Origin: an uncultured virus (IMG/VR IMGVR_UViG_3300012920_000027)
Taxonomy: Duplodnaviria > Heunggongvirae > Uroviricota > Caudoviricetes
Reading direction: 5' to 3' (one strand)
IMG/VR virus record: IMGVR_UViG_3300012920_000027
Length of the DNA stretch: 64,000 nt
In this document: piece by piece, positions 38,198 to 47,172 of the stretch
Layout: every line of letters begins with the position of its first letter
Position numbering within the stretch: position 1 is the stretch's first letter
Made by a program: the position numbers and the translations under genes
The notes under the pieces: generated by a model
What the model saw: only the letters and a program-made list of their open reading frames with translations
Told to the model about the DNA's origin: nothing
Database searches by the model: none

Positions 38198-38551
38198 TCA
38201 ATCTGCAAGCACCGGTAGCGCTTCCAGTTGGGTCAAAAGCAAGACGATGGCTACTCGCTTACGCTTTACGGAGTTCGAAACGATGTTCGTCCGATCAAAG
38301 CGCCAGTACTTGCCATCTGTGTGCTTGGTGACGATGGTGTTGCTTCCCTTCTTGTAGTACGCGATCCACTCCTCGTTGCCTTGGAGGTATCCTGTGGAGA
38401 GGAGTTTCATTTCAAATTGGAGGGCTGCTTTCGTGCGGTTCGCTGGCGTCGTCATCGGCCATTTCACCCTGAGCACGGCAACTTCTTCGTTGTTCACCGT
38501 GAGCTCCAAGACATCCTGAAGCTCCGTCATCTCTTCAAACACATTCGTCAT
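38198..38551 (-). CDS. Hypothetical protein (array)
   Basis: Motif-linked ATG. Confidence 0.75.
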   Translation of the reverse strand: MTNVFEEMTELQDVLELTVNNEEVAVLRVKWPMTTPANRTKAALQFEMKLLSTGYLQGNEEWIAYYKKGSNTIVTKHTDGKYWRFDRTNIVSNSVKRKRVAIVLLLTQLEALPVLAD

Positions 38552-38590
38552 GAGCGGTGAGATGTGCTTCAGCCATTCAAGGGCTTCGCA

Positions 38591-38920
38591 TCACCATAGG
38601 TGCTTGTTCGAGGAGTTGATGAGGGTCAAGACCTCCCATCGGCTGAACGGTACACCATTGACCTCGTGAACGAAGTCGTCGTCTTCGGGAATCTTGGACA
38701 TGTCGGGGCGAGGCACCGGGATTCGTGCAGAACCAACTCGAGCTGTCGCCAGGTATTGGCTGAAGTACTCGAGAGTGAAATCTTGGCGAATCGATCCAGA
38801 TCGTGCTGACGAGTAGAACAGCTTCGAGTCTGCATCCCTCATTTTGCTCATGAGTTCTGCCCAGGTGTCCTTCTCGTCCCATACGGTGATGTCCATTCCA
38901 TCTTCGCGATTCGGTTGCAT
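38591..38920 (-). CDS. Hypothetical protein (array)
   Basis: Motif-linked ATG. Confidence 0.75.
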   Translation of the reverse strand: MQPNREDGMDITVWDEKDTWAELMSKMRDADSKLFYSSARSGSIRQDFTLEYFSQYLATARVGSARIPVPRPDMSKIPEDDDFVHEVNGVPFSRWEVLTLINSSNKHLW

Positions 38921-38927
38921 GAGCGGT

Positions 38928-39284
38928 TCAAGGCCGGTTCCCCCCGGGACCCTGGCCTTCAGGCCAGCGGTCAGAAATCCACATCATTGGAGTTTCCGGG
39001 AACATTGGCTTCAGTCGGGCATTTTGGAATTCGCGGTAAGCATCTCTGTTGATTGTGAACAGAATGACTCCGTTTTCACCCACTCCAACTATGTCTGAAC
39101 CTTGTGGCCATGGCATGTTTTCTTCCACAGTCACGATTCCCCTCTCTGCCAGTTTGCGTATTGCATTGACTTTCCGTTTCTCAAAGTAGAAAATTGGAGG
39201 CTGGTGACCATCCCTCACTACTTCAGGGTGTAATCGCCAATGGGTCAGAAACCATTGTTCTGTTTTGTTGATTTGTTTGGTCAT
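38928..39284 (-). CDS. Hypothetical protein (array)
   Basis: Motif-linked ATG. Confidence 0.75.
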   Translation of the reverse strand: MTKQINKTEQWFLTHWRLHPEVVRDGHQPPIFYFEKRKVNAIRKLAERGIVTVEENMPWPQGSDIVGVGENGVILFTINRDAYREFQNARLKPMFPETPMMWISDRWPEGQGPGGNRP

Positions 39285-39291
39285 GAGCGGT

Positions 39292-39726
39292 TCACTCCTC
39301 TTCTGAGGAGGACTTTCGAAGAACCCAATGGTAGGTACCATCACGCATCTCGTCTCTGTGGGTCCGGCTGTTTCGCCCGGGTTCACCACAGATTGAGCAT
39401 CGATTCTTGAATTTCGTCGGGATGCCTGCTGTGTCCATGTCCACTTCGGTCATTTGTTCCGTCAGAAGTTCAGGGTGTTCCTCATTCATGATGTCGGCGA
39501 TCTTGTTGATTGCTGCCCATTCTTCGTCGATTGTGAGTTCGCCGTCTTGGTCTGCAAAGACTTCGTCTGCATTGACGGGAGCTTCTCGTTCAGCAATTTT
39601 CGCGTACATCTGGTTTAGGTACTCCACATCAGACATTGCTGGTGGTTCTTCTTGGGTTGCGAGATCAAGGAAACGCTTGATGAGCTCAAGCAATTCACTT
39701 ACCTCTATGTCGATTTTGATCTTCAT
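39292..39726 (-). CDS. Acidic protein with C-terminal zinc-knuckle-like motif (array)
   Basis: Motif-linked ATG; CSICGEPGRNSRTH. Confidence 0.7.
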   Translation of the reverse strand: MKIKIDIEVSELLELIKRFLDLATQEEPPAMSDVEYLNQMYAKIAEREAPVNADEVFADQDGELTIDEEWAAINKIADIMNEEHPELLTEQMTEVDMDTAGIPTKFKNRCSICGEPGRNSRTHRDEMRDGTYHWVLRKSSSEEE

Positions 39727-39743
39727 GAGCGGTTGGACATGTT

Positions 39744-39968
39744 TCAGTCATTTGATGGTGACTCTTCACCTATCTCGAGCATGTAAATGGCCAAAGCCTT
39801 CTGCAGACTCTCCAATAGGGCTGAAGTTCCTGCTGCGACCAGTTGTGCTCGCGTGGCTCCGAACTGTTCCCATATCTGGTCGTCCATAACGAAGCGTATT
39901 CCGTTTGCGAGGTAGCCGTTTTCAGCGTCCTTGAGGTAAATGACTCCTTCAATGCGGTCAATTTGCAT
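39744..39968 (-). CDS. Hypothetical protein (array)
   Basis: Motif-linked ATG. Confidence 0.75.
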   Translation of the reverse strand: MQIDRIEGVIYLKDAENGYLANGIRFVMDDQIWEQFGATRAQLVAAGTSALLESLQKALAIYMLEIGEESPSND

Positions 39969-39975
39969 GAGCGGT

Positions 39976-40476
39976 TCAGACCAAGGTGAACTCAGCCCAT
40001 CCAGAAGCCTGGCAGTACAGGAAATGCTGGATGATAACTGGTCCATCGGTCGAATCAACGGTTTTCTCGAAAACAACTAGGTCACCCATCGACATGCTCG
40101 TGTGGTGGACTTTGTGTTCGTCCATCCAGTCTTGCCCCTTGCGGATGTCCTCTCTCCCGTAATGTGCGTGGAAATTGGTTGCAAGAGGGTTCCTGATGTA
40201 GTTGTTCATGGCGGAGTAGATCGCATCTGCAAAGTTCTCTCGCTTCCTGGACGACCATTCGTCGTCAGGATAACGATGTACATCTCCAAGACCGGACATC
40301 ACAAGGTCTTCGATGACCCAATCTGGCAGTCGTTGGTAGTAGCGGTCGATCTTTTCCTGCGTCATTTCCTCGTCGAGGTCCATGAAGCGGAACGGGTGAC
40401 GGTTGTTTCGTTCGTCTTCATGTTCATGAGACGAAGTGTAGTAGATGGCAAAGCCATCGTAGTATTCGTTGGTCAT
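39976..40476 (-). CDS. Hypothetical protein (array)
   Basis: Motif-linked ATG; HTSMSMGDLVV. Confidence 0.75.
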   Translation of the reverse strand: MTNEYYDGFAIYYTSSHEHEDERNNRHPFRFMDLDEEMTQEKIDRYYQRLPDWVIEDLVMSGLGDVHRYPDDEWSSRKRENFADAIYSAMNNYIRNPLATNFHAHYGREDIRKGQDWMDEHKVHHTSMSMGDLVVFEKTVDSTDGPVIIQHFLYCQASGWAEFTLV

Positions 40477-40483
40477 GAGCGGT

Positions 40484-41029
40484 TCAGGCGTGTTCCCTTT
40501 GAGCTTGCTTCATGGCAAGCCAGGTGAGGAACGCCTTCTTGTTGTCCGGGTCGAGTCGCCAGAAAACAGACCAAAATCTGTCTCCATTGGAAAACCATTG
40601 GGTGTGCAGATCTTCAATCCAGTCGTCTCGGACACCCCCGTATTCCACATAATGGAATGCCTCGAAAGGACAGCGGGCGGCGGGCGCTGGCGTCATGCTG
40701 GTCGGGATAGCATCATCCCAGAAGTGCAGGCAGGTCCCACATCGAACGGGGTCCTTGGCCTTGCTTGCTTCTTCTTCGGTCAATGGTTGAACAGGGTGGT
40801 CTTCAGGAATGTTCGGTCGAACAACGGCATGGTGGCCGTTTGCGTCCCAGTGAGGATCACACATGGCCATGGCGTAGTCCCAGATTTCATCTTCCGGCAT
40901 GCGCACATGGCTCAAGCTGGAACAGAATTCTGCGAAACCGTCTACTCCGTTGAAGTTGTTCCATCCATCAGCGACCAATTCAAAGGCCTTCAGGACAACA
41001 TCGTCGAGCAGTTCAAATGCTTCTTTCAT
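40484..41029 (-). CDS. Hypothetical protein (array)
   Basis: Motif-linked ATG; CGTC...RCPFE. Confidence 0.75.
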   Translation of the reverse strand: MKEAFELLDDVVLKAFELVADGWNNFNGVDGFAEFCSSLSHVRMPEDEIWDYAMAMCDPHWDANGHHAVVRPNIPEDHPVQPLTEEEASKAKDPVRCGTCLHFWDDAIPTSMTPAPAARCPFEAFHYVEYGGVRDDWIEDLHTQWFSNGDRFWSVFWRLDPDNKKAFLTWLAMKQAQREHA

Positions 41030-41044
41030 GAGCGGTCTGATGCA

Positions 41045-41272
41045 TCACAGGTACATCATCTTGGCGAATGCGATGTAAGGCGAGCCACAGATTGAGACGC
41101 GCCCCCAAGGAGGCCTGCAGTTCTCGACGGTGGCGATCACGACGATTTCAGTTCCATCGTCCATGGTCACACAGTAGCCCTTCCTTTCTTCGCAATCGAT
41201 GTAGTCAATCGTCGCACCGTCCAAGAGAGTGACGGTTCGTTCAACGGTTCCAATGCAGGGAGTATCGCACAT
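41045..41272 (-). CDS. Hypothetical protein (array)
   Basis: Motif-linked ATG. Confidence 0.7.
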   Translation of the reverse strand: MCDTPCIGTVERTVTLLDGATIDYIDCEERKGYCVTMDDGTEIVVIATVENCRPPWGRVSICGSPYIAFAKMMYL

Positions 41273-41279
41273 GAGCGGT

Positions 41280-41525
41280 TCAAGCCGGGAGTTCCGGCAA
41301 GACAATCGGGCTTTCATCCATCGCTTGGACCAAGGTCTTCAACAAATTGCGGTGTGCCGTCATGCGTTGTACGATCTCCTTCAAGAATCCAGGACCGTAC
41401 AATTTTTCGATGTTGGCAAGCAGGTTCTTGTCGTTCACCCACTCGCTTTCATGAATCATCTTCAGGTCCGATTCAAGCTTCACGAGGTCTAGTCCAAGGA
41501 CAGGATGTTCGTAGTGTTCTAGCAT
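41280..41525 (-). CDS. Hypothetical protein (array)
   Basis: Motif-linked ATG. Confidence 0.75.
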   Translation of the reverse strand: MLEHYEHPVLGLDLVKLESDLKMIHESEWVNDKNLLANIEKLYGPGFLKEIVQRMTAHRNLLKTLVQAMDESPIVLPELPA

Positions 41526-41533
41526 GAGCGGCG

Positions 41534-41788
41534 TCAAGCCAACAGATCGTCGTTCTTGTTGATGATTTCAATCAGGACGAACTGGTGTTTGTTGAGCATT
41601 GGAGCACCATTGACCAACGGCTCCCAATGAGGCGCCTTCATCAATGGGCGACTCCCTGGGCAGATGTCCGTTGGTTCATTGCTCCAATTCTCAAGTTCGT
41701 TCCGTGTCGTGTAGCCTTCTTCTGGGTAGCTGTGGCGCGAGCCACAGAACTTGCATTGGAAGAGGCCACGGTAGGCTCCTTTCGGCAT
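41534..41788 (-). CDS. Hypothetical Zn-binding protein (array)
   Basis: Motif-linked ATG; CKFC. Confidence 0.7.
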   Translation of the reverse strand: MPKGAYRGLFQCKFCGSRHSYPEEGYTTRNELENWSNEPTDICPGSRPLMKAPHWEPLVNGAPMLNKHQFVLIEIINKNDDLLA

Positions 41789-41795
41789 GAGCGGT

Positions 41796-42152
41796 TCAGT
41801 CGTACCATTTCGCATTGCACCAACCCTGGCATGTTTCGTCGTTGGGGAGGTATTCCCTCTGCTCGTCACTGAATTCCCATTCAGGATAGCCTGGGTTGCC
41901 TGGTATTGCAATCCCCAAACATTCGGGGCAGTACAAGACTGCCGTACGGTAGGCAATGAAACACTTTTTGCACCATGGCCCTTCCCTACAACTGAAAATC
42001 ATTTCTTTCACAGGGCGTGGGAATTCGCATCGATCGCAATCGATGTCCATGTTTTGCTGGTTATCGTAGTCGCAGAGTGAGCAGTTGCACGGATTGTTCT
42101 CCGCACGCTTCTTCTCCCATTCTGCTTCAGCCTCTTCTTGAGTAGTTGGCAT
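41796..42152 (-). CDS. Cys-rich Zn-finger protein (array)
   Basis: Motif-linked ATG; multiple CxxC. Confidence 0.75.
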   Translation of the reverse strand: MPTTQEEAEAEWEKKRAENNPCNCSLCDYDNQQNMDIDCDRCEFPRPVKEMIFSCREGPWCKKCFIAYRTAVLYCPECLGIAIPGNPGYPEWEFSDEQREYLPNDETCQGWCNAKWYD

Positions 42153-42160
42153 GAGCGGTA

Positions 42161-42883
42161 TCAACCCCCGAAGTTTCTGATGTTGTTTCGTTGGAGTTGG
42201 TGTGGGTAGACCCAGTTGTAGAGCCTGAGAAACGAGAACATCACATTCCCGAATGGCTTCTCAGGTTCGTAGATTGATGTCCCCGTAAGACCGAAGTACG
42301 CCTTCACATCCTTGATGCTCCAATTGGCGTTCGGTGCCATATGAGGTCCACCTGGGCGGATTTCACCTGTTTCAGAGTCGTAGCCTGTCCAAAGGGTAAG
42401 GTCACGGAGACTGATGATCAGGTTCCACATCGCGTTTCCCATCGGCTTGCCGTTCACGGTCATGATGGACTCTCCTTTCTGCAAGAGCTCCATCTCCTTC
42501 GTGTACTCTTTCATGAAGGGGCTCACGCGCATTGCGTGAGTCAGCGGTTCCTCATCTTCTCCTTCTCGAGGGTCCTTGCCCCCGTAGTAGTCGTTGATGT
42601 GTTCTTCGGTGAGTTCTCCGTAGAAGTCGTAGGTACGCCAGTTCGGGTAGACGAGCATGCGAATCCATCGGCCGTCGTCGTGCATGTGGGTACTGATGAG
42701 TCCCTTTTGCACGAGTCCAATCAAGATGTACTCCATTTGCTCTTCCGGCATGCCCATCTTCTCGGGAATCTCCGATCCGAAGACATCGCTGAAGTATGGC
42801 TCACCTGGTCCCCAGTTGTACCAGCCAACATTCTTTAGCCAGTCAAGGGTTTTCCTTTCGTTCGGTGTTAGGTAAATGGTCAT
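42161..42883 (-). CDS. Two-part hypothetical protein, N-terminal half wHTH-like (array)
   Basis: Motif-linked ATG; internal degenerate motif at 42541. Confidence 0.7.
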   Translation of the reverse strand: MTIYLTPNERKTLDWLKNVGWYNWGPGEPYFSDVFGSEIPEKMGMPEEQMEYILIGLVQKGLISTHMHDDGRWIRMLVYPNWRTYDFYGELTEEHINDYYGGKDPREGEDEEPLTHAMRVSPFMKEYTKEMELLQKGESIMTVNGKPMGNAMWNLIISLRDLTLWTGYDSETGEIRPGGPHMAPNANWSIKDVKAYFGLTGTSIYEPEKPFGNVMFSFLRLYNWVYPHQLQRNNIRNFGG

Positions 42884-42903
42884 GAGCGGTTGTAGGTATG
42901 TAG

Positions 42904-43281
42904 TCAGTGCCCCCTCCATGTGTAGTGGTCGGGGAAGCGGTCGGCCATGTGTCGCGAATCGTTCCACTTGGACTCGGGGCCTTCGTTGAAGCGGAAAAAT
43001 TCCGCCTCCAATTCAGGGAAGCCCTCGTAGGAGTCGAAGTGCGAGTCCATCGGCTCGCCCGCCCAGCTCCACGCGACGACGGCCTCGGGGATTTCCTGGG
43101 TTGGAACGCCGATTTCAAGGGCGTGTTCGATCAGATCGAAGACCCAGCCATCGCCGTCTTGAGCGTCAACGGCTACCAGGGTGAGGAATTGCTTCAGCGT
43201 GGAGCCGGTCGTCGGCAGCGTCGCGTCGATCCTCAAGTGTGCAACGGTCGTGTTTCCGTCTCTCATACGGTTTTCTGACAT
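42904..43281 (-). CDS. Hypothetical protein (array)
   Basis: Motif-linked ATG. Confidence 0.75.
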   Translation of the reverse strand: MSENRMRDGNTTVAHLRIDATLPTTGSTLKQFLTLVAVDAQDGDGWVFDLIEHALEIGVPTQEIPEAVVAWSWAGEPMDSHFDSYEGFPELEAEFFRFNEGPESKWNDSRHMADRFPDHYTWRGH

Positions 43282-43290
43282 GAGCGGTGT

Positions 43291-43506
43291 TCATTCCTCT
43301 GGAATGATGGCGTTGCCCATCAGATCTCTGCATTCGTGAGCTAAAACCCACCATTCCTCATCATCAAGATCTTTTGGCAATACATCTTCGAGAATACTCT
43401 CGAGGTAATCTTGGGAAAGTTCATACGCCCAACCTAGGATTTGTTCGGCTCCTTTCTCGATCATCTCTTTGTGTTCTTTCAATTGCTGTTCTTTGTCGTT
43501 CGACAT
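43291..43506 (-). CDS. Hypothetical acidic protein (array)
   Basis: Motif-linked ATG. Confidence 0.75.
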   Translation of the reverse strand: MSNDKEQQLKEHKEMIEKGAEQILGWAYELSQDYLESILEDVLPKDLDDEEWWVLAHECRDLMGNAIIPEE

Positions 43507-43521
43507 GAGCGGTTGGGTTGA

Positions 43522-44070
43522 TCATCCGTAGACGACCTTACCCATGACGATGTACTGGAGCAGCACATCGGCGGTGATTGCATCACCACCTTGCTTCATG
43601 AAGTCGTCAAAGTGGCGATGACCGTGTTCTGCGAAGAGATGGATTCCAGCTTCAATGGACCGAGCATTGATCACGCCGAGTTCTTCTCGCTCGTAATCTT
43701 CAATCTCCTCGTTCCACACACCAGATTCGCTGTCGTACACGGTGATTTCCCCGCCAAGAAGCGGGATTTGTTCCATGTACTGGAAGCCCTTCATTTGACT
43801 CAACGCATCGAGTGAGAAGGTGATGCTCGATTTGTAGGGCATCATACCTTTTGCGATTTCGCTGTAGGTCTGAAAGGCTTCAGGTCCTCCGTTTTCGTCG
43901 ATGAACTTCCGAATTTCTTCGTCGGTTACGCGGCGTAGTCCGTTGTAGTTCGTGACCTTCGTACGCGCCCAGTAGCCGCAGTACCCAAAAGCACTGCTCA
44001 GTTCATTTACGATGTCGTATGGTGTGATTTTGACGCTTCGCATCACTTCAACTTCCGTAATAGGGTTCAT
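43522..44070 (-). CDS. Hypothetical phage-type protein (array)
   Basis: Motif-linked ATG; C-terminus DAITADVLLQYIVMGKVVYG. Confidence 0.75.
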   Translation of the reverse strand: MNPITEVEVMRSVKITPYDIVNELSSAFGYCGYWARTKVTNYNGLRRVTDEEIRKFIDENGGPEAFQTYSEIAKGMMPYKSSITFSLDALSQMKGFQYMEQIPLLGGEITVYDSESGVWNEEIEDYEREELGVINARSIEAGIHLFAEHGHRHFDDFMKQGGDAITADVLLQYIVMGKVVYG

Positions 44071-44080
44071 GAGCGGTTCA

Positions 44081-44494
44081 TCAGATGATGAGTTCAGCGA
44101 TTTCGAGAATCTCGACTTCCTTGAATTGGAGATGAGGAAGGTATTTGCTGTTCTGTTCGAGCATTTCATCAGTCTTTGCTTTCAATGCTTGAAGTGATTC
44201 GTCTGCCAAAAGCAGTGCAATTTTCAAAGCCTCAATTTCATCCATGCCGTATTCGGTAAGGTAGTCAACAATCCACAGGACACTACGATTCAGATCGTGG
44301 TTCAATGAGTTGCCGTATACATTTTCGCCATAGGTCTCCATTGCTAGTTCGAAGATTTCTTTTCTGGTCATCAAGGGGGCTGACCCCAACACGGCTGTGC
44401 CGTTCCAGAAGTGGTCGTATGTTTCGTTGGATTCATCGAACAACTTGATCAGTTTGCAGTCATGTTCACTTGGGTACACAATTTTGCCTTGCAT
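44081..44494 (-). CDS. Hypothetical protein (array)
   Basis: Motif-linked ATG. Confidence 0.75.
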   Translation of the reverse strand: MQGKIVYPSEHDCKLIKLFDESNETYDHFWNGTAVLGSAPLMTRKEIFELAMETYGENVYGNSLNHDLNRSVLWIVDYLTEYGMDEIEALKIALLLADESLQALKAKTDEMLEQNSKYLPHLQFKEVEILEIAELII

Positions 44495-44502
44495 GAGCGG
44501 TT

Positions 44503-45438
44503 TCACCGTGTTGTTTCTGTTCCACACTGGTTTGGACAAACATTGCAGTTGGTGACGCAACCGATTGCCCAGGTGTCCTTATCTTTGTACGGATCTCCTG
44601 TGAAGTAAATGGCCCCAGCCGTCTGCTTCCTGCCTTCCTTCTCTGGGTTGGCGTAGGAATGGGCTTTCTCGTACTGGTCGCGGTCTACGAACTCCCATCG
44701 GGGGTCGTTGGCCTCCATTTTCCATGGCGTCTCAAGGATGCGCCATCCATGTCTTTTGGCCTCGTTTGCGAAGTACTCTTGGGCCTCCCACAGGGTCGCG
44801 CCACCTGGCGTGCTTCTGTCCCAAAGGAAGGTGCAGAGACGGATGAAGATGTTCTCCAAATCCGACATCTGGTGTAGCTTGAACAGGGTATCGAGAATGC
44901 GGCGAGAGCGTACGCTCACATCGGGGTGCTCGTCATATCCAGGGATAACGCTCCAATGGACAACGGCACCAGCGATTGCTAGGCGCGTAAGCTCTGCATG
45001 TGTTGGCATCCTCCAGAACTTGGTGATGATGACCGGAGTGAGTCCGGTCCCAGCGATCACTTCTGCGGTATCAACCGTAAGTGGCCAGTCAAAGCTGGGG
45101 TCGCCTTGAACACCGATGCGGACCCATCGTAGATCGGGTCGATTGAACATCAGGTTCATGCAGTCCATACGAAGTGATGCTCGGTCGAGGATTTGGGACA
45201 CCGGAGTGTCGAAATCGATTCGGCCAAAGGTCACCCCCATGGATGTTCGGGCGTAGCACCCCCAGCAACGACCAGCACATCCTTTGACGGTGTCGCAGAT
45301 GTTCGGGTCGGTCTTGGAGTTTCCGTGAATCTTGATGATTTGGGCAGGGTAAGGAGTCAATGGCAGACCTGCATCGGTATGCGTCTTCCTGGTCGCCCTT
45401 GGAATCACGGGTCCAAGTCTTCGTTCTTGCTGTTGCAT
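44503..45438 (-). CDS. Radical SAM superfamily protein (SPL-like)
   Basis: GCAGRCWGCYA (CxxxCxxC), RIGVQGDPS, ITK and C-terminal CVTNCNVCPNQC. Confidence 0.75.
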   Translation of the reverse strand: MQQQERRLGPVIPRATRKTHTDAGLPLTPYPAQIIKIHGNSKTDPNICDTVKGCAGRCWGCYARTSMGVTFGRIDFDTPVSQILDRASLRMDCMNLMFNRPDLRWVRIGVQGDPSFDWPLTVDTAEVIAGTGLTPVIITKFWRMPTHAELTRLAIAGAVVHWSVIPGYDEHPDVSVRSRRILDTLFKLHQMSDLENIFIRLCTFLWDRSTPGGATLWEAQEYFANEAKRHGWRILETPWKMEANDPRWEFVDRDQYEKAHSYANPEKEGRKQTAGAIYFTGDPYKDKDTWAIGCVTNCNVCPNQCGTETTR

Positions 45439-45455
45439 GAGCGGTAGGTTCCAGA

Positions 45456-45653
45456 TCACTCCTTGGGGAGTTCTTGGGTGTGCCTGATTTTCACGCCTCC
45501 GATGTGCATGAAGCCATCGTTGACGAAGTTCTGGGCGTACTCAAACACGGTTGTTGCGTGCCGAGCAAAGTCCCTATCGTTTTCATCACAGGTCATGAGG
45601 TAATCTCGGATGATGAAATCAACCAGCCTGTCGAGGTCCGATAATTCTGTCAT
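45456..45653 (-). CDS. Hypothetical protein (array)
   Basis: Motif-linked ATG. Confidence 0.7.
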   Translation of the reverse strand: MTELSDLDRLVDFIIRDYLMTCDENDRDFARHATTVFEYAQNFVNDGFMHIGGVKIRHTQELPKE

Positions 45654-45660
45654 GAGCGGT

Positions 45661-45906
45661 TCAGTCAGGATCGGTGTCAAGGAATGCTTCGATTTCATCG
45701 TCCTCGCCTCCCAACCCACTAAATGAGGCACCGCACTTGCGACAAGTGATTTCAATGACCCACTGGCCGTCAAACCACGGGTCTTGGGCTTCAAATTCAC
45801 AAGTGTGGGTTGCCACCTTGAGGGTGTACCAGTCTCCTGTAGCGAAAGCCTCTTGATTGTCTATTTTCGCTTGCAGTCGTTCTTTGTCCTCTTGTTTCAG
45901 GCACAT
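45661..45906 (-). CDS. Hypothetical Zn-ribbon protein (array)
   Basis: Motif-linked ATG; HTC...CRKC. Confidence 0.7.
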   Translation of the reverse strand: MCLKQEDKERLQAKIDNQEAFATGDWYTLKVATHTCEFEAQDPWFDGQWVIEITCRKCGASFSGLGGEDDEIEAFLDTDPD

Positions 45907-45912
45907 GAGCGG

Positions 45913-46149
45913 TCAAGCGGCAAGGAGTTCCTCGAGTTCTTTTTCAGCGAGTTCTCGCCAGTCCTCAGTATTGACTACGAACCGGCGTATCGTTACATCG
46001 GGGTAATCCTCAACGGGGAGGATTCGCCATGAACCAGGAGCCCAAAATGCCGCCTGTTCTGCATCCTTCATCGTCTTGATGAGGGAGCCATCAGGTAGCG
46101 TCATGATGACGCGCCTGCCGTTGGTAATGCACAACTTTGGGCGTTTCAT
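45913..46149 (-). CDS. Hypothetical protein (array)
   Basis: Motif-linked ATG. Confidence 0.75.
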   Translation of the reverse strand: MKRPKLCITNGRRVIMTLPDGSLIKTMKDAEQAAFWAPGSWRILPVEDYPDVTIRRFVVNTEDWRELAEKELEELLAA

Positions 46150-46156
46150 GAGCGGT

Positions 46157-46474
46157 TCATACCGATCGTCCTCGAGTGGCCTCGAGCTTGAGGATCAGCT
46201 TGATTGTGTTCCGAAGCGTCTTTTCTGTCGCTTCATTGAGTTCCTGGGATCGCAGAACCTCGTACTTCAGCCGTAGCTTGAACAGTCGGTCTTGCTTCTC
46301 AAGTTCAAGTGGAGTGAAGTTTCCTCCTTCTCGGTTGATGATGAGGGCCTCAATACGCAGCATCTCTTGACGATACTCGTGGTTGAGGGTTTCATACCAG
46401 CTCTTGGCTGCATCTCTCCACGCTCGTCGTAGACGGACAACTTGCCCAGCCCGTTCTCTTGTGCGTTTCAGCAT
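46157..46474 (-). CDS. Hypothetical helical basic protein (array)
   Basis: Motif-linked ATG. Confidence 0.75.
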   Translation of the reverse strand: MLKRTRERAGQVVRLRRAWRDAAKSWYETLNHEYRQEMLRIEALIINREGGNFTPLELEKQDRLFKLRLKYEVLRSQELNEATEKTLRNTIKLILKLEATRGRSV

Positions 46475-46481
46475 GAGCGGT

Positions 46482-46685
46482 TCAGTTGAGCCCCATCACA
46501 AATGTTGCGAACTTGGTCTTGCATTTCTTGTGTACCCAGAGGTTCTTTTGGATGGTCAGGCTTGAGCCAGGATGATTCTTCAGCATCACGGAGGGTTCAC
46601 CCTTCACCATGTTCTTGCCACAGTAGATGCAAATCTGCGAATCAGTCATTGGCTTCTTGATTTTGACTCGTTCCTTGAGCGTCAT
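46482..46685 (-). CDS. Small Zn-finger protein (array)
   Basis: Motif-linked ATG; CIYC...HKKC. Confidence 0.7.
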   Translation of the reverse strand: MTLKERVKIKKPMTDSQICIYCGKNMVKGEPSVMLKNHPGSSLTIQKNLWVHKKCKTKFATFVMGLN

Positions 46686-46692
46686 GAGCGGT

Positions 46693-46854
46693 TCATGGGT
46701 CCATCCAGTGTGGATTAAACGGGTCTGTCGTACCTGGTTCAAATGAGCCATCAAACAGTCTCACTTCAAAGCAATCAAGGCACATCCAGTCAAGGGTAGC
46801 TTCCCCTGTTTCATCGCATCCTTCGCAGATGCACTTTACCTTCTTCTTGGGCAT
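46693..46854 (-). CDS. Small Zn-finger protein (array)
   Basis: Motif-linked ATG; CICEGC...CLDC. Confidence 0.7.
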   Translation of the reverse strand: MPKKKVKCICEGCDETGEATLDWMCLDCFEVRLFDGSFEPGTTDPFNPHWMDP

Positions 46855-46862
46855 GAGCGGTT

Positions 46863-47165
46863 TCAGTAGGCGTCTTCCCAGGCAACAATAGCGTCGCGCC
46901 ATTTGGTGCCATTTGAATTGGAACCCATTCCGTAGGTCTCCTGTGCAATCACACAATCGTAAAGCGTGTTGTAGACCTTACGGATGAAGTTTTCCGCCTC
47001 TTCGGGGTCGATCACATCTCGGATCAAATGGCAGAAAGCCAGGTATCCGCTGTACACGCCCCCGCCTCGACGGGATCTGAGTTCTTCTTGGTGTTCACGA
47101 AGGTGCCCGACCTTTCCTTTCAGGTGCTCGGGACCGTAGTTTTGATTGTACACGATTCGTGCCAT
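46863..47165 (-). CDS. Hypothetical protein (array)
   Basis: Motif-linked ATG. Confidence 0.75.
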   Translation of the reverse strand: MARIVYNQNYGPEHLKGKVGHLREHQEELRSRRGGGVYSGYLAFCHLIRDVIDPEEAENFIRKVYNTLYDCVIAQETYGMGSNSNGTKWRDAIVAWEDAY

Positions 47166-47172
47166 GAGCGGT

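Noticed and set aside
41045..41272. Paralogy with 16579-16923 (TLLDGxTI)
   Set aside because: The similarity is limited to about 12 residues and cannot be supported by eye.
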